From assembly GCF_001194135.2 (NCBI RefSeq), contig NC_068990.1, forward strand, positions 3,966,029-3,998,690: a stretch of DNA of 32,662 bases. Direction: 5' to 3'. This document shows, piece after piece, positions 12,694 through 22,935 of the stretch; positions within the stretch are counted from its first letter, which is position 1, and each line of letters opens with the position of its first letter. Below the pieces are notes generated by a model. That model was not told the DNA's origin and ran no database searches. It saw only the letters and a list, made by a program, of their open reading frames with translations. The position numbers and the translations under genes were made by a program. Source of the stretch: Octopus bimaculoides. Taxonomy: Eukaryota.

Positions 12694-12850
12694 GGCACGG
12701 GCGTGGCTGAATGGTAAGAGGTTTGCTTCCCAACCACGTGGTTCCAGCTTCAATTTCATTATGTCTCACCTTGGATAAGTGTCTTCTACTACAGCCTTGT
12801 GAGTGGATTCAGTAGACGGAAACTGACGGAAGCCCGTCGTGTATATATAT

Positions 12851-12893
<43 letters not shown>

Positions 12894-13870
12894 NNNNNNN
12901 NNNNNNNNNNNNNNNNNNNNNNNNNNNNNNNNNNNNNNNNNNNNNNNNNNNNNNNNNNNNNNNNNNNNNNNNNNNNNNNNNNNNNNNNNNNNNNNNNNNN
13001 NNNNNNNNNNNNNNNNNNNNNNNNNNNNNNNNNNNNNNNNNNNNNNNNNNNNNNNNNNNNNNNNNNNNNNNNNNNNNNNNNNNNNNNNNNNNNNNNNNNN
13101 NNNNNNNNNNNNNNNNNNNNNNNNNNNNNNNNNNNNNNNNNNNNNNNNNNNNNNNNNNNNNNNNNNNNNNNNNNNNNNNNNNNNNNNNNNNNNNNNNNNN
13201 NNNNNNNNNNNNNNNNNNNNNNNNNNNNNNNNNNNNNNNNNNNNNNNNNNNNNNNNNNNNNNNNNNNNNNNNNNNNNNNNNNNNNNNNNNNNNNNNNNNN
13301 NNNNNNNNNNNNNNNNNNNNNNNNNNNNNNNNNNNNNNNNNNNNNNNNNNNNNNNNNNNNNNNNNNNNNNNNNNNNNNNNNNNNNNNNNNNNNNNNNNNN
13401 NNNNNNNNNNNNNNNNNNNNNNNNNNNNNNNNNNNNNNNNNNNNNNNNNNNNNNNNNNNNNNNNNNNNNNNNNNNNNNNNNNNNNNNNNNNNNNNNNNNN
13501 NNNNNNNNNNNNNNNNNNNNNNNNNNNNNNNNNNNNNNNNNNNNNNNNNNNNNNNNNNNNNNNNNNNNNNNNNNNNNNNNNNNNNNNNNNNNNNNNNNNN
13601 NNNNNNNNNNNNNNNNNNNNNNNNNNNNNNNNNNNNNNNNNNNNNNTATATATATATATATATATTTGCGTGTGTCTTTGTCCCCCAGTACCGCTTGACA
13701 ACTGGTGTTGTGTTTACGTCGCCGTAAATTAGCGGTTCGGCAAAAGGTCTCGATAGAATAAGTACCAGGTTTAACACAATGTAAGTACTGGGGCCGATTC
13801 ATTCGACTAAAAATTCTTCAATCCGTTCCCCCAGCATGGCTGCAATCTGATGAGTGAAGCAAGTGAACAC
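12694..13870 (+). mobile_element. tRNA-derived SINE, family B, with internal (TA)n tract and assembly gap
   Basis: Head ggcgtggctgaatggtaagaggtttgcttcccaaccacgtggttcc, CORE-like caccttggataagtgtctt, then gacggaaactga..gaagcccgtcgt-(TA)n-gap. The 3' half reads ttgtcccccagtaccgcttgacaac...gatagaataagtacc...ccagcatggctgcaatc. Confidence 0.85.
12894..13646. other. assembly gap (N)
   Basis: Run of N flanked by (TA)n. Confidence 1.
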
Positions 13871-14317
13871 TGTTTATTTCTTTCTGCACATGCGCACACA
13901 CAGGCATGGAACACATGCGCACACACACGCACGCAATACATATATAGAAAGACAGACAAACAGACAGAGAGAAAGAGAGAGGAAAGGTGTTCATACCAAA
14001 TGGTAAAATATTAACCGCTTAAAACGTGGATGTTGTGTTAGAGCACACAATACTGCGATATTTGCCAAGAGAGTAAAACTCTCAAATGGTTTTTCGGTGC
14101 ATTTAAGCACATCATAGTTATCGCCAGCGGCAAAGAATCATTGCCGCTTCCGTTTCATTCATTGGTGTTTTTGTCGAACGACTTGACACAAGTACTTAAT
14201 TTTTAAACCAGATATTTATTGTCGGAGGTGGAGACAAAACCAACACCGGTTCTCAAGTGGTGCTCAGGAACAGACACATATGCACACACATGTGTGTGTG
14301 TGTCCTCTTTTACCATT

Positions 14318-14495
14318 TTTCTTGCTTCAGCTATTGGACTGTGGTCATACTGGGATATCGCCTTCAAACTTCAGGTTTTGCTTACAGCACCTAGGTCTCC
14401 CAAGACGTCACCCATCGAACCATATAAACACTAACAAGGTTCGACACTGCTTAAACTTGGTGTTCGCACAAAAACCGATGTTTTCAACGATATGT
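14318..14495 (-). mobile_element. SINE family B, decayed 3' portion
   Basis: cttgcttcagctattggactgtggtcatactggg matches cttgtttcagtcattagactgcggccatgctggg at 15723-15756. Confidence 0.6.
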
Positions 14496-14505
14496 GTGTA
14501 TATGT

Positions 14506-14552
<47 letters not shown>

Positions 14553-14602
14553 TGAGTGTGTGTTTGTGCGTGTGTGTGTGTGTGTTTGTGTGTGTGTGCG
14601 TT

Positions 14603-14647
<45 letters not shown>

Positions 14648-14675
14648 ATGTATGTATGTATGTATGTATGTATAG
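14493..14675. repeat. (TG)n/(TA)n/(TATG)n microsatellite
   Basis: Directly visible. Confidence 0.97.
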
Positions 14676-14953
14676 TATAGGTCAATCAGTAAGTTGTCAT
14701 AATAGGACTCAGAGTTTCAAATGCCGGAGCTACGAAGCATTTTCATCGGCTATTTTGACAACAGACGCTATGAAATAAATTCCTCTATTTACCTAATATC
14801 TTTTGTTGCCATTTTATTATTATTATTAATTTATATATGTGTGTATATATAAGAAATAATTGAGAGTCAGTAGAATTAGGTACTTAAATTGAGACACTAA
14901 GGCAGTTCAGTAAAGTCCGCACAGCTCGATGTTAGGTGAATAAAAATCACATT

Positions 14954-15666
14954 AGTAACAAGGATGTCCAGGTATCAGTGTATTACGGCCGTTTCAAGCG
15001 GCTCCATTTAATTGATCAATCAAGATATTGCATCAATTTGAAAATAAGCCGCTCTCCTCGGACGCAGCCAACATTATACATTTCTCACATAAAGAATAAA
15101 CCATTTTTCTTTAGCGCAACTTGCATCAGTACTAGCAACCAAAATAATTACATTGATTTTCCTTCCTATTTCTGTGGCAGAATGAATTTAGTAAATAATG
15201 CATCCCAACGGTCCACTATGATTTGGAGTAGCATATTGGAATAGTAGGAGTGAAGAATGAGGAAAAGAGTGATAGTTAGATCTACATTTATCATTATTAC
15301 ATTTCTCAGATTATTTGCAGCATATTGTCTCCAACTCTTAAGAATTAATCCCACTGGGAGTTGACAGTTAAGTTCCTGCTAGTGGTGATAAACTAATTAA
15401 ATGACAGATACGCCTCCACCCCAGTTTAGGCTTATCTATATTCTGTCACAGAAATAGAAAGGAAAAACAATGTAATTATTTCGGTTGCTAGTATTGATGT
15501 AAGTTGCGCTAAAAAAATGGTTTATTCTTTACGTTGTGAATCTATATGGTTGGCCGGGTGTGAGGAGAGCGGTTTATTTCAAATTGATGTAATGTTTTGA
15601 TTCATCGATTAAATGGAGCCGCTTGAAACGGCCGTAATGCACTGATACCTGGACATCCTTGTTACT
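14954..15666. mobile_element. foldback/MITE-like element with about 230-bp inverted arms (14954-15183, 15440-15666) and a 256-bp spacer
   Basis: agtaacaaggatgtccaggtatcagtgtattacggccgtttcaagcggctccattt... is matched by ...aaatggagccgcttgaaacggccgtaatgcactgatacctggacatccttgttact along the whole arm. Confidence 0.88.
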
Positions 15667-15672
15667 TATTTA

Positions 15673-15716
<44 letters not shown>

Positions 15717-15719
15717 CTT

Positions 15720-16168
15720 ATACTTGTTTCAGTCATTAGACTGCGGCCATGCTGGGGNNNNNNNNNNNNNNNNNNNNNNNNNNNNNNNNNNNNNNNNNNN
15801 NNNNNNNNNNNNNNNNNNNNNNNNNNNNNNNNNNNNNNNNNNNNNNNNNNNNNNNNNNNNNNNNNNNNNNNNNNNNNNNNNNNNNNNNNNNNNNNNNNNN
15901 NNNNNNNNNNNNNNNNNNNNNNNNNNNNNNNNNNNNNNNNNNNNNNNNNNNNNNNNNNNNNNNNNNNNNNNNNNNNNNNNNNNNNNNNTATATATATATA
16001 TATATATGCGAAGGGCTTTTTTCAGTTTCTGTCCACCAATTCCATTCATAAGGCTGTGGTAGGCCTGTAGTCATAGTAAAAGACACTTAACCGAGATGCG
16101 ACGCAGTGGGATTGAACCTGAAACAATGCGGTCGGAAAACAAACTACTTACTACACAGTTGTGTGCGT
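15720..16168 (-). mobile_element. tRNA-derived SINE, family B, with internal (TA)n and gap
   Basis: 3' end at 15720-15757. The head at 16000-16168 reverse-complements to gtgtagtaagtagtttg...ggttcaatcccactgcgtcgcatctcggttaagtgtctttt...gaaactgaaaaaagcccttcg. Confidence 0.85.
15758..15988. other. assembly gap (N)
   Basis: Run of N. Confidence 1.
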
Positions 16169-16441
16169 GCGTATTTGCGTGGATGTATATCTATATGCAT
16201 ATAATGTGTGTGTGTATATATAATATATATATATATATACACAAACACACACACATACATATATGTATACACACACACATATGTGCACATACATATGTAC
16301 GTACATATATATGCGTGTATATATATATATTGTGTGTGTGTTGTGAGGATAAGACTGTGAATATAGGGGATGTAATTAGATTCAAACAATTTACAAAAGA
16401 AAATGATAAGTAAATAAAATCCTTTTGTTTAACATTTGATG

Positions 16442-16800
16442 AGAACATTTCTATTGGTGACTGAGGTCAGGCATTAATTCAATTATTTCGTAAGTGTATT
16501 TCTTTCACTGATTTACTGCAAAGAAACGTCGAATTCTTTACTCAATTCCTTGTATCTTCGTTGGAATCACTTCAAATCAATAAATGTAATCTCATTGTCA
16601 ATATATGTTTCTTTGAGATTTCTTCCCATTTGAATTACTGTCTTCGTCTTTAGTTAAGTTGTTCATGCTGTTGCTGTCACTGCTACTGCCGCTAGTCCTA
16701 CTACTTTGTTGTTCAACCCTATATTAGCCATGATGGAGCAGTGCCATGAATAAAGACATTTCAACTGTAACCATCTCATCTTTTCAAACAAAGTTTGCTT
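16442..16800 (-). repeat. dispersed repeat, inverted copy of 8485-8843
   Basis: Direct alignment by eye. Confidence 0.85.
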
Positions 16801-16892
16801 CAAGCTGTGATATGAAATAAGCCCTCCTAATTTACGTGAATATAAAAATACATACATACTTACATACATACATACATATATATATATATATA

Positions 16893-17172
16893 NNNNNNNN
16901 NNNNNNNNNNNNNNNNNNNNNNNNNNNNNNNNNNNNNNNNNNNNNNNNNNNNNNNNNNNNNNNNNNNNNNNNNNNNNNNNNNNNNNNNNNNNNNNNNNNN
17001 NNNNNNNNNNNNNNNNNNNNNNNNNNNNNNNNNNNNNNNNNNNNNNNNNNNNNNNNNNNNNNNNNNNNNNNNNNNNNNNNNNNNNNNNNNNNNNNNNNNN
17101 NNNNNNNNNNNNNNNNNNNNNNNNNNNNNNNNNNNNNNNNNNNNNNNNNNNNNNNNNNNNNNNNNNNNNNNN
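16893..17172. other. assembly gap (N)
   Basis: Run of N flanked by (TA)n. Confidence 1.
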
Positions 17173-17297
17173 ATATATATGTATATATATATGTATATAT
17201 ATGGGAGAATATACAAATAATATAGGTGGTCTAAATAAGGACAGGTGGTCTAAATAACAAAAGTATATATTAGTATGACGCTCGGGAATACGGAAAG

Positions 17298-17334
17298 TCT
17301 TTGACGTTTCGAGCTACGCTCTTCAACAGAAAGA
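17298..17334 (-). ncRNA. minimal type I hammerhead-ribozyme-like motif (variant core)
   Basis: Minus strand reads UCUUU-CUGUUGA-A-GAGC-GUA-GCUC-GAA-ACGU-C-AAAGA: stem I UCUUU/AAAGA, stem II GAGC/GCUC, palindromic ACGU stem III, GUC cleavage triplet. The core is CUGUUGA rather than CUGANGA. Confidence 0.6.
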
Positions 17335-17604
17335 ATACGGAGACAAGGAGAAAAACACGGAGAAAAAAAATTGAATAGTGTTCAGTCAACGGTCAATCAT
17401 AATAATGAGTCTAGTGTGACTATAAATGGTTCTATTTTGATGTCTATATAGGTTTTGTGAATGACAATATGGAATGGAATATTTATTTATCATTAGTGCT
17501 GTGCCATTTCTCAGCAAAGAATAAAATAGATGTATTCTCAATGGTTCTTTCGACATGCTGCAAATAAATCACATAAGAATTTCCGAGTATAAGCTCTTAG
17601 TTGT

Positions 17605-17762
17605 CTGGACCTGTACCTATGTTAGAAACCTTTGTTATTATTAACGCTGAATAATGGGCCGTTGGGATTTCTTTTATCACATTCTAGATGATAAACTCTC
17701 TTAAGTTGCTACCAAATATACTCCACGTACAGATAGAATTGTAAGATTTTCTTTCTCTCAAG
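17605..17762 (+). repeat. 158-bp perfect direct duplicate of 20787-20944
   Basis: Identical from ctggacctgtacc to tttctctcaag by eye comparison. Confidence 0.95.
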
Positions 17763-17949
17763 GCTCACTGAATTACCGTTTAAGAGGCTAAGACACGCGC
17801 CCGCACGCATGTAAACTAAATGTAAGTCTCAAGCGGAATCAGCATGATACAGTTCTACAAGTCTGAATTTGTGAATTATAAGCACAATCCATCTCATAGG
17901 CTTTTAAACAGTTTCAGTCGCCCTAATTTCCCTTACAATGTATGAATCG

Positions 17950-18035
17950 ACAGTTGACAAAATACCATACAGGGAAATCAAACCCAGGATATCTGGATTG
18001 CGAAACGAACTTCTTAATCATTCGGCAAAATAATG
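17950..18035 (-). mobile_element. SINE family B, 5' fragment
   Basis: Reverse complement gccgaatgattaagaagttcgtttcgcaatcc...cctgggtttgatttccc resembles the head at 12700. Confidence 0.55.
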
Positions 18036-18299
18036 CCGACAACAGCAAATTGTTGCGTTAATGTTCTAGATATTGTGGGACTAGCCTTGCCGGTGCTTAG
18101 CTCTGAGATTTGATCGAGAAGACCTTATGGCTATCCTATAATATTGTTTATCTTGAATTACAATTTCAATATGCCGGCTTTCTTCAGAGATGATATGCTG
18201 TTATTTAAAGACGGTTTGGCTGATATTTCTTGCATATCGATCGATAGTAAGTTCTTTCGTTAGCTTGTTTTACATTTTGTTTTGAGAAACTTATAGTCC

Positions 18300-18656
18300 T
18301 AGGCAACCCAAAGTCAACCTTAATTAAGCAGGTGTATGATCATAAGCACAACGTATCCAAGACTATGTAATGTGCAATTTTAAGACTAAGATGTAACTTG
18401 AGAGAGATTTTGGCTGTTATTTCTAGTAGGACGAACGATCACGTAGAGGCTCGTTATTGTTGTTTAACCCTACGCTGGTGCTGATTTAGCAAGCTTACGC
18501 TCAAAACATTCCTGTCGTGATCATTCAGTGTTTTCTTCAGGCATTGTGTACTTGGACTGCATTATTTAATGTGACTCTCCTTTATTGAAGCAGAATGTGA
18601 GTTGAGATAGATTTAGCTATTATTTCTGACACACCAAGTTATCACGTAGAGGCTCC
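18300..18656 (+). mobile_element. two tandem decayed copies of SINE-like family D
   Basis: Both end gaga.agattt.gct.ttatttct......atcacgtagaggctc (18401-18452, 18604-18656); an inverted copy lies at 30099-30310. Confidence 0.65.
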
Positions 18657-18713
18657 TTCATTGTCTCCTTCTAGTTATTGTCTGGGTATTGGTTGTGTTG
18701 TGATGATGGTATT

Positions 18714-18817
18714 GTGGAGGCGCAATGGCCCAGTGGTTAAGGCAGCGGACTCGCGGTCATAGGATCGCGGTTTCGATTCCCAGAACGGGTGTTGTGAGTG
18801 TTTATTGAGCGAAAACA
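18714..18817 (+). mobile_element. SINE family E, tRNA-like 5' part
   Basis: A-box tggcccagtggtt, B-box-like ggtttcgattcc, then gttgtgagtgtttattgagcgaaaaca as in the 7681-7974 copy. Confidence 0.85.
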
Positions 18818-18917
18818 AACTTCTGCCTTCCATACACAACAATACAAATAATTACAATGACAAAGGAGTCAACATTTGTATGAAGTGAAACAGTAAAGAT
18901 GAGGTTTGTAGTTGACT

Positions 18918-19110
18918 GAATAGACGGCGAAGGTATGGCCTAATAGCTTCGATGCCGACTTCGTAATCATGAGACACAGCTGAAGTCCGTCCCACCGCAC
19001 ACCTCTAATGGCAAGTGTCCTCTCCCTTTGGCTAGCTTCGACCAAAAGCTTCTGAGATAAATTTGGTAGATGAAAACTTTGTGAAAAACTCGTTGGATGG
19101 ATTGTGCGTG
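18918..19110 (+). mobile_element. SINE family B, decayed 5' half
   Basis: ggcaagtgtcct...gaccaaaagcttctgag..aatttggtagatgaaaact parallels 12770-12835. Confidence 0.6.
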
Positions 19111-19229
19111 TAATGCAAACATCCATAATGTCTCATGGAGTGTTACTCATATTCTGTCAGAGTATTTTGTTAAGACTACAAGTTGTCTTCGGAATATTCA
19201 TGCACTTGCTTTATGATGCAATTTAGACT

Positions 19230-19590
19230 TCATGAGAAAACGAAAGAGATGGTTAGGCAATATCCATAATTTCAGTTGGTCATGCTTAAGAAACCAACCG
19301 GGCGTTGTAATGACGGTTGCTTCTGATAGAACTCTATGGAGAAAGCACCTGAGGACTCTACCCACACGACCCTCCCAAGAATAGTAAGCAGAAATGAGTG
19401 AAAGTATGGAAGAAATCCAAAGGCTCAGCGGTGTCACATGCCGTTCTACGTTGATTATTCTTGAGAATTACGTTCATGAAAGAAGTGTATGTGGAATACT
19501 CTGCCACTTATATTTTAGTAAAATGAATAGAGATTATTTCCACAACCAGCAGTTTGTTTGTGATAATTTTCTTACAGGCTTCGACTAATT
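19230..19590 (+). mobile_element. mariner-like transposase N-terminal (HTH) fragment, decayed
   Basis: SMEEIQRLSGVTCRSTLIILENYVHERSVCG...QFVCDNFLTGF parallels mariner I.EIA...G.S..SV..IL...L..RKVCA...RV..C..LL.RF. Confidence 0.5.
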
Positions 19591-20289
19591 TCTTGTAAAA
19601 TAGTATTTTTAACACTAATTATTTGCTAAAACTACTTTTTGGTAACCACGATTTATCAGTTATAACGGTACTTGTCCAACCCCATTTAATTAATTCTCTA
19701 AAATTCTCAGCATTATGCCTCCCTGCCAGAAACGAGGTGTTTAGATTCTCAGTGGGTCATACATAAGTTGTTCATAGATATCATAAAATTGTTAGATACC
19801 TTGATACGACAGTCGTAAACACACTATACTATTCTTAATCAATCAGTTATTAAAAATTATTTACTGTGACCTGAATGTCACTTTGCGATTTTTTGTCCAA
19901 GTCCTTAATGGCACACCGGACAAATCTGATTGAATTATTGGCTCTGTTTCAGTAGATTTAAGCTTTGAAACCTCTTTTTCTATTATTTTATTTAATAACC
20001 ACTCATAAAAACATTATTTGAAATTTATAGCTTCAGAAATTTCTGACATACCAGAGTGAACTACATAAATTATTCAACAAACAAACAAAAATGAAAAAAA
20101 GCATTAGTTTATATTGTTTTTAAATGTTTGACAAATTGAATGGGGTGAATAATATTTCGGAGCTATATACATTAACACCCTATTGTATAGAAATATATTA
20201 AAGTATTCTGTTAGCTATATGACAACATTTACGTAATCTACATAGTATACATATTGAGCTGTATAATACAATTCTTCATGTGTCTCACG

Positions 20290-21390
20290 TGTCTGTCAGG
20301 TTTTCGCATACAAATCCGGCTTAATAATTGGTCTGCTTACTCGACATCCAGTATATAGATACATCAAATTTCAGTTATTAACTGAATCAATATGACTGGC
20401 ATAATCAGTAGAACACCGTACAAATAATTGCCTTCTGATATTTATGTTATTTTATGTTCTTAGTTCAATACCGCCTACATCGACTTTGCCTTTCATCCAC
20501 CCAAAATCGAATAAGTACCAGTGCAGTACTGCCGATAATTTAATCAACTCTATCCTTCTCCAGAATGTGTAGCATCATACCTAACATAGCGAGCACGATA
20601 GGTTGGATAAACTGCTAGAACGTCAGACAAAATGTTTTTTTTTATGTATTTAGTTCCGGATCATTACGTGCTGAGCTCAAATCTTGTTGAGGTCAACTTT
20701 GTTTTCATCCTTTTGGAGTAGCCAAAAAGTTAGTACCTCACACGGACTTGGATGATTTTAATTGATTAACGCATTCCTCTTAATTCCTGGACCTGTACCT
20801 ATGTTAGAAACCTTTGTTATTATTAACGCTGAATAATGGGCCGTTGGGATTTCTTTTATCACATTCTAGATGATAAACTCTCTTAAGTTGCTACCAAATA
20901 TACTCCACGTACAGATAGAATTGTAAGATTTTCTTTCTCTCAAGATATAAAGGCAAACTGAAAAGTGATGTAGCATATATGTTCACCTCAGTCACCATTT
21001 CAGCAGCATTTCTCCGGCCGAGACAATTATACTTTCACTGGTTTAACATAGAAATCAATTTAAATTCAAAGATAAGTACAAGTCACTGTAATAATTAGGA
21101 AGTGATTACTGGATGTTTTTTTTTAATCGATTTTAAAACAAAAGTCACGTAAATGTCCTTTAAGCTTTGATTGACCCCTTGAGAGTTTGTACTTAGTTCC
21201 CATTTCATTGAGACAAACGGATGCGTAAAACAAATATCATTTATAATTAGACACTTTGTATGATTCAGCCTAAAGTGAAGAGGTTCTTTTTCTTTTTTAT
21301 ATAAGCTGAAAGATGATTGCAACTTCGGGGTCAATGTGGTACCAGCCAGTTTTTCTGCTTTCCCCAACAGAAAAATAAACATATTTTTGT
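20290..21390 (-). mobile_element. decayed Penelope-like element interrupted by SINEs
   Basis: 21095-21382 gives ICFTHPFVS...FVLKSIKKKHPV (like IIWFNPPFS...FL.LI.KHFP); about 20860-20940 gives ERKK...EYIW*QLK; about 20300-20380 gives VNN*N....TGCR (like LN.R.E...CRH). Confidence 0.5.
20462..20815 (+). mobile_element. two tandem SINE family A copies (partial 20462-20590; decayed full-length about 20600-20815)
   Basis: tcgactttgcctttcatcc...aataagtaccagtg; second copy gagctcaaatc..gaggtcaactttgttttcatcc...ctggacctgtacctatgttagaaacc. Confidence 0.75.
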
Positions 21391-21909
21391 CACATTGTTT
21401 TCTTAGAATTGATTATTCAGGTAAACTACCGTATTCTCCAGCAAACGAGTCAAACTTTTCGGATCCAAATTTACAGCCAACATAGTTTGGTCGACTTATA
21501 CGCCAAGACAACTTTGGAGAACCAAAGATTCCATGTGAAATGCAGCAGGATTTGGAAAGAAAGTGACGACGTGTGAATGCTTACACTACATGTATGTACT
21601 ATATATTATGTCGATTTGTATACCAGAAAATTCGGAATATTATGGTGATAGAGTCTGAGAAGCTGATAGTTTTTGTTATACTATTCATTTACTAAAACTA
21701 AAACAATTGTCTAAATTGTCCCGCCTAATAAAACTTACATTCTTTTACCAAATGTAGTATTCTTCCTTAATCCTTCATATTAATATGAAATATTTGAGGC
21801 CACTGCAAAAATGAAACTTTTGCTCTATTTTTATTACTATACATTCTTGTTCGATAACCGAGGACAGCTATAAAAAAAAAATTGAAAGTAACGTCATATA
21901 TTTAATAAA

Positions 21910-21982
21910 ATGGGCGGGCTGAATGAAATATGTCTGCGGACCAAATGAAATATGGCCGCGAGATGCATTTTGCCGACTCTTA
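21910..21982 (+). mobile_element. possible hAT/Charlie-type MITE terminus
   Basis: gcgggctg..tgaaat...tggccgcgagatgcattttgccgactct resembles the ggcccgcgggcc...tttgccgacccctg ends of hAT MITEs; no partner TIR found. Confidence 0.35.
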
Positions 21983-22886
21983 CGGCCATTGAATAAAAAC
22001 AAGAACTAACACAGGTAGTCCTGAATAAGAATGAGTGTATTATTTGTTGTGTCATTCTCTTTTAAAGACTGCAGGAGTATGTTGTGGGGGGAGGGGCTTT
22101 AGCTTCCATTTCTAGCATGTGAAGTGACTGGGCATTGCAACTACCAGTAAAGTCGAAAATCACGAAGCCATGAAGCCATGATTCACAATGCAATTCGTTT
22201 TCCTATGAATTCTAAATCAACACCACGCCCCAAAATAGTCTTGATATGAATGAAGTAAACCAAATCTTATGACTTACCATTCTATTTTACATTATTTCCC
22301 TCAAACTTATTCGAACTGAATAACGTATTGATATCAAATCACAATGTTCACGTTTGTTTTGGTGTACAAAAGTTAATAATAAATAATATAAACAACAAAA
22401 GACAATCATATTTTTTAAAAGAAAAAATACATCCAAAAATACACAAATAAACAGAATACAATTATTTGTTGCTTTCTAAGTTTAAATACCATTTATAACT
22501 TTCTTTCAAAGCACTGGCAGCCATAATAATTCATGTAAGTTCTCGTTTTCGTATTCCACAACAGAATGAATTAGTATTGCTTTTTGTTTTTTTATTTATT
22601 TATTTTATTTTCCCATTCTATAGCGTGCAATGTCAAACCCATTGAAACAAATGTCATTTGAAAACAGTTGAATACCTGAAATAAGATGCAAGCTACTTGT
22701 CTGATATCAGATACAACACACAACTATCTGTCTTTTCATTTTGACATGACAAAAGCTCTTTGTCTGGAAAGATTTAGTAGTGGAGAAATGTTCTGAGTAG
22801 TAGCCACAGAAATCAATGTCACCTTCTTTGCTACTACTATTCTACATCCTCATCTCCGGTTCCAGCTGCTTCATATTCAACTGACC

Positions 22887-22935
22887 TCACTGAAATATAT
22901 CGTAAAACAGAGGGATTTCACTGGGAATTTTTTTT
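22887..22935 (-). CDS. candidate terminal coding exon of a host gene, (x)KKIPSEIPLFYDIFQ*, nuclear-receptor helix-12-like; an alternative acceptor gives RSVEYEAAGTGDEDVE* (22837-22889)
   Basis: The minus strand has a branch-point-like gttacttac, a pyrimidine tract ctgtccattttgtgtttcag and AG at 22937-22936. A stop codon follows, then about 600 bp of unique T-rich sequence with AATAAA hexamers near 22591-22610. No upstream exon was identified in the window. Confidence 0.4.

Larger units (their letters stand above)
17213..17940 (-). mobile_element. decayed Penelope-like element 3' end (GIY-YIG C-terminus plus pseudo-LTR region)
   Basis: Minus-strand translation gives EYIW*QLKRVYHLE (17680-17730), RAY....CDL (about 17560-17595) and INKYS...YRHQNR (about 17425-17485), followed by a hammerhead-like motif as expected in PLE pseudo-LTRs. 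Confidence 0.55.

Noticed and set aside
13845-13865. CTGATGA hammerhead core word
   Set aside because: It is part of the SINE-B 3' end, with no GAAA or stems.
18714-18790. Possible tRNA-Arg gene
   Set aside because: The anticodon and acceptor stems pair poorly, and the sequence continues into a SINE body shared with 7681-7974.
21425-21510. taccgtattctcc…gtcgacttatacgcc, resembling a pogo/Tc2 MITE terminus
   Set aside because: Too short and degenerate, with no partner TIR.
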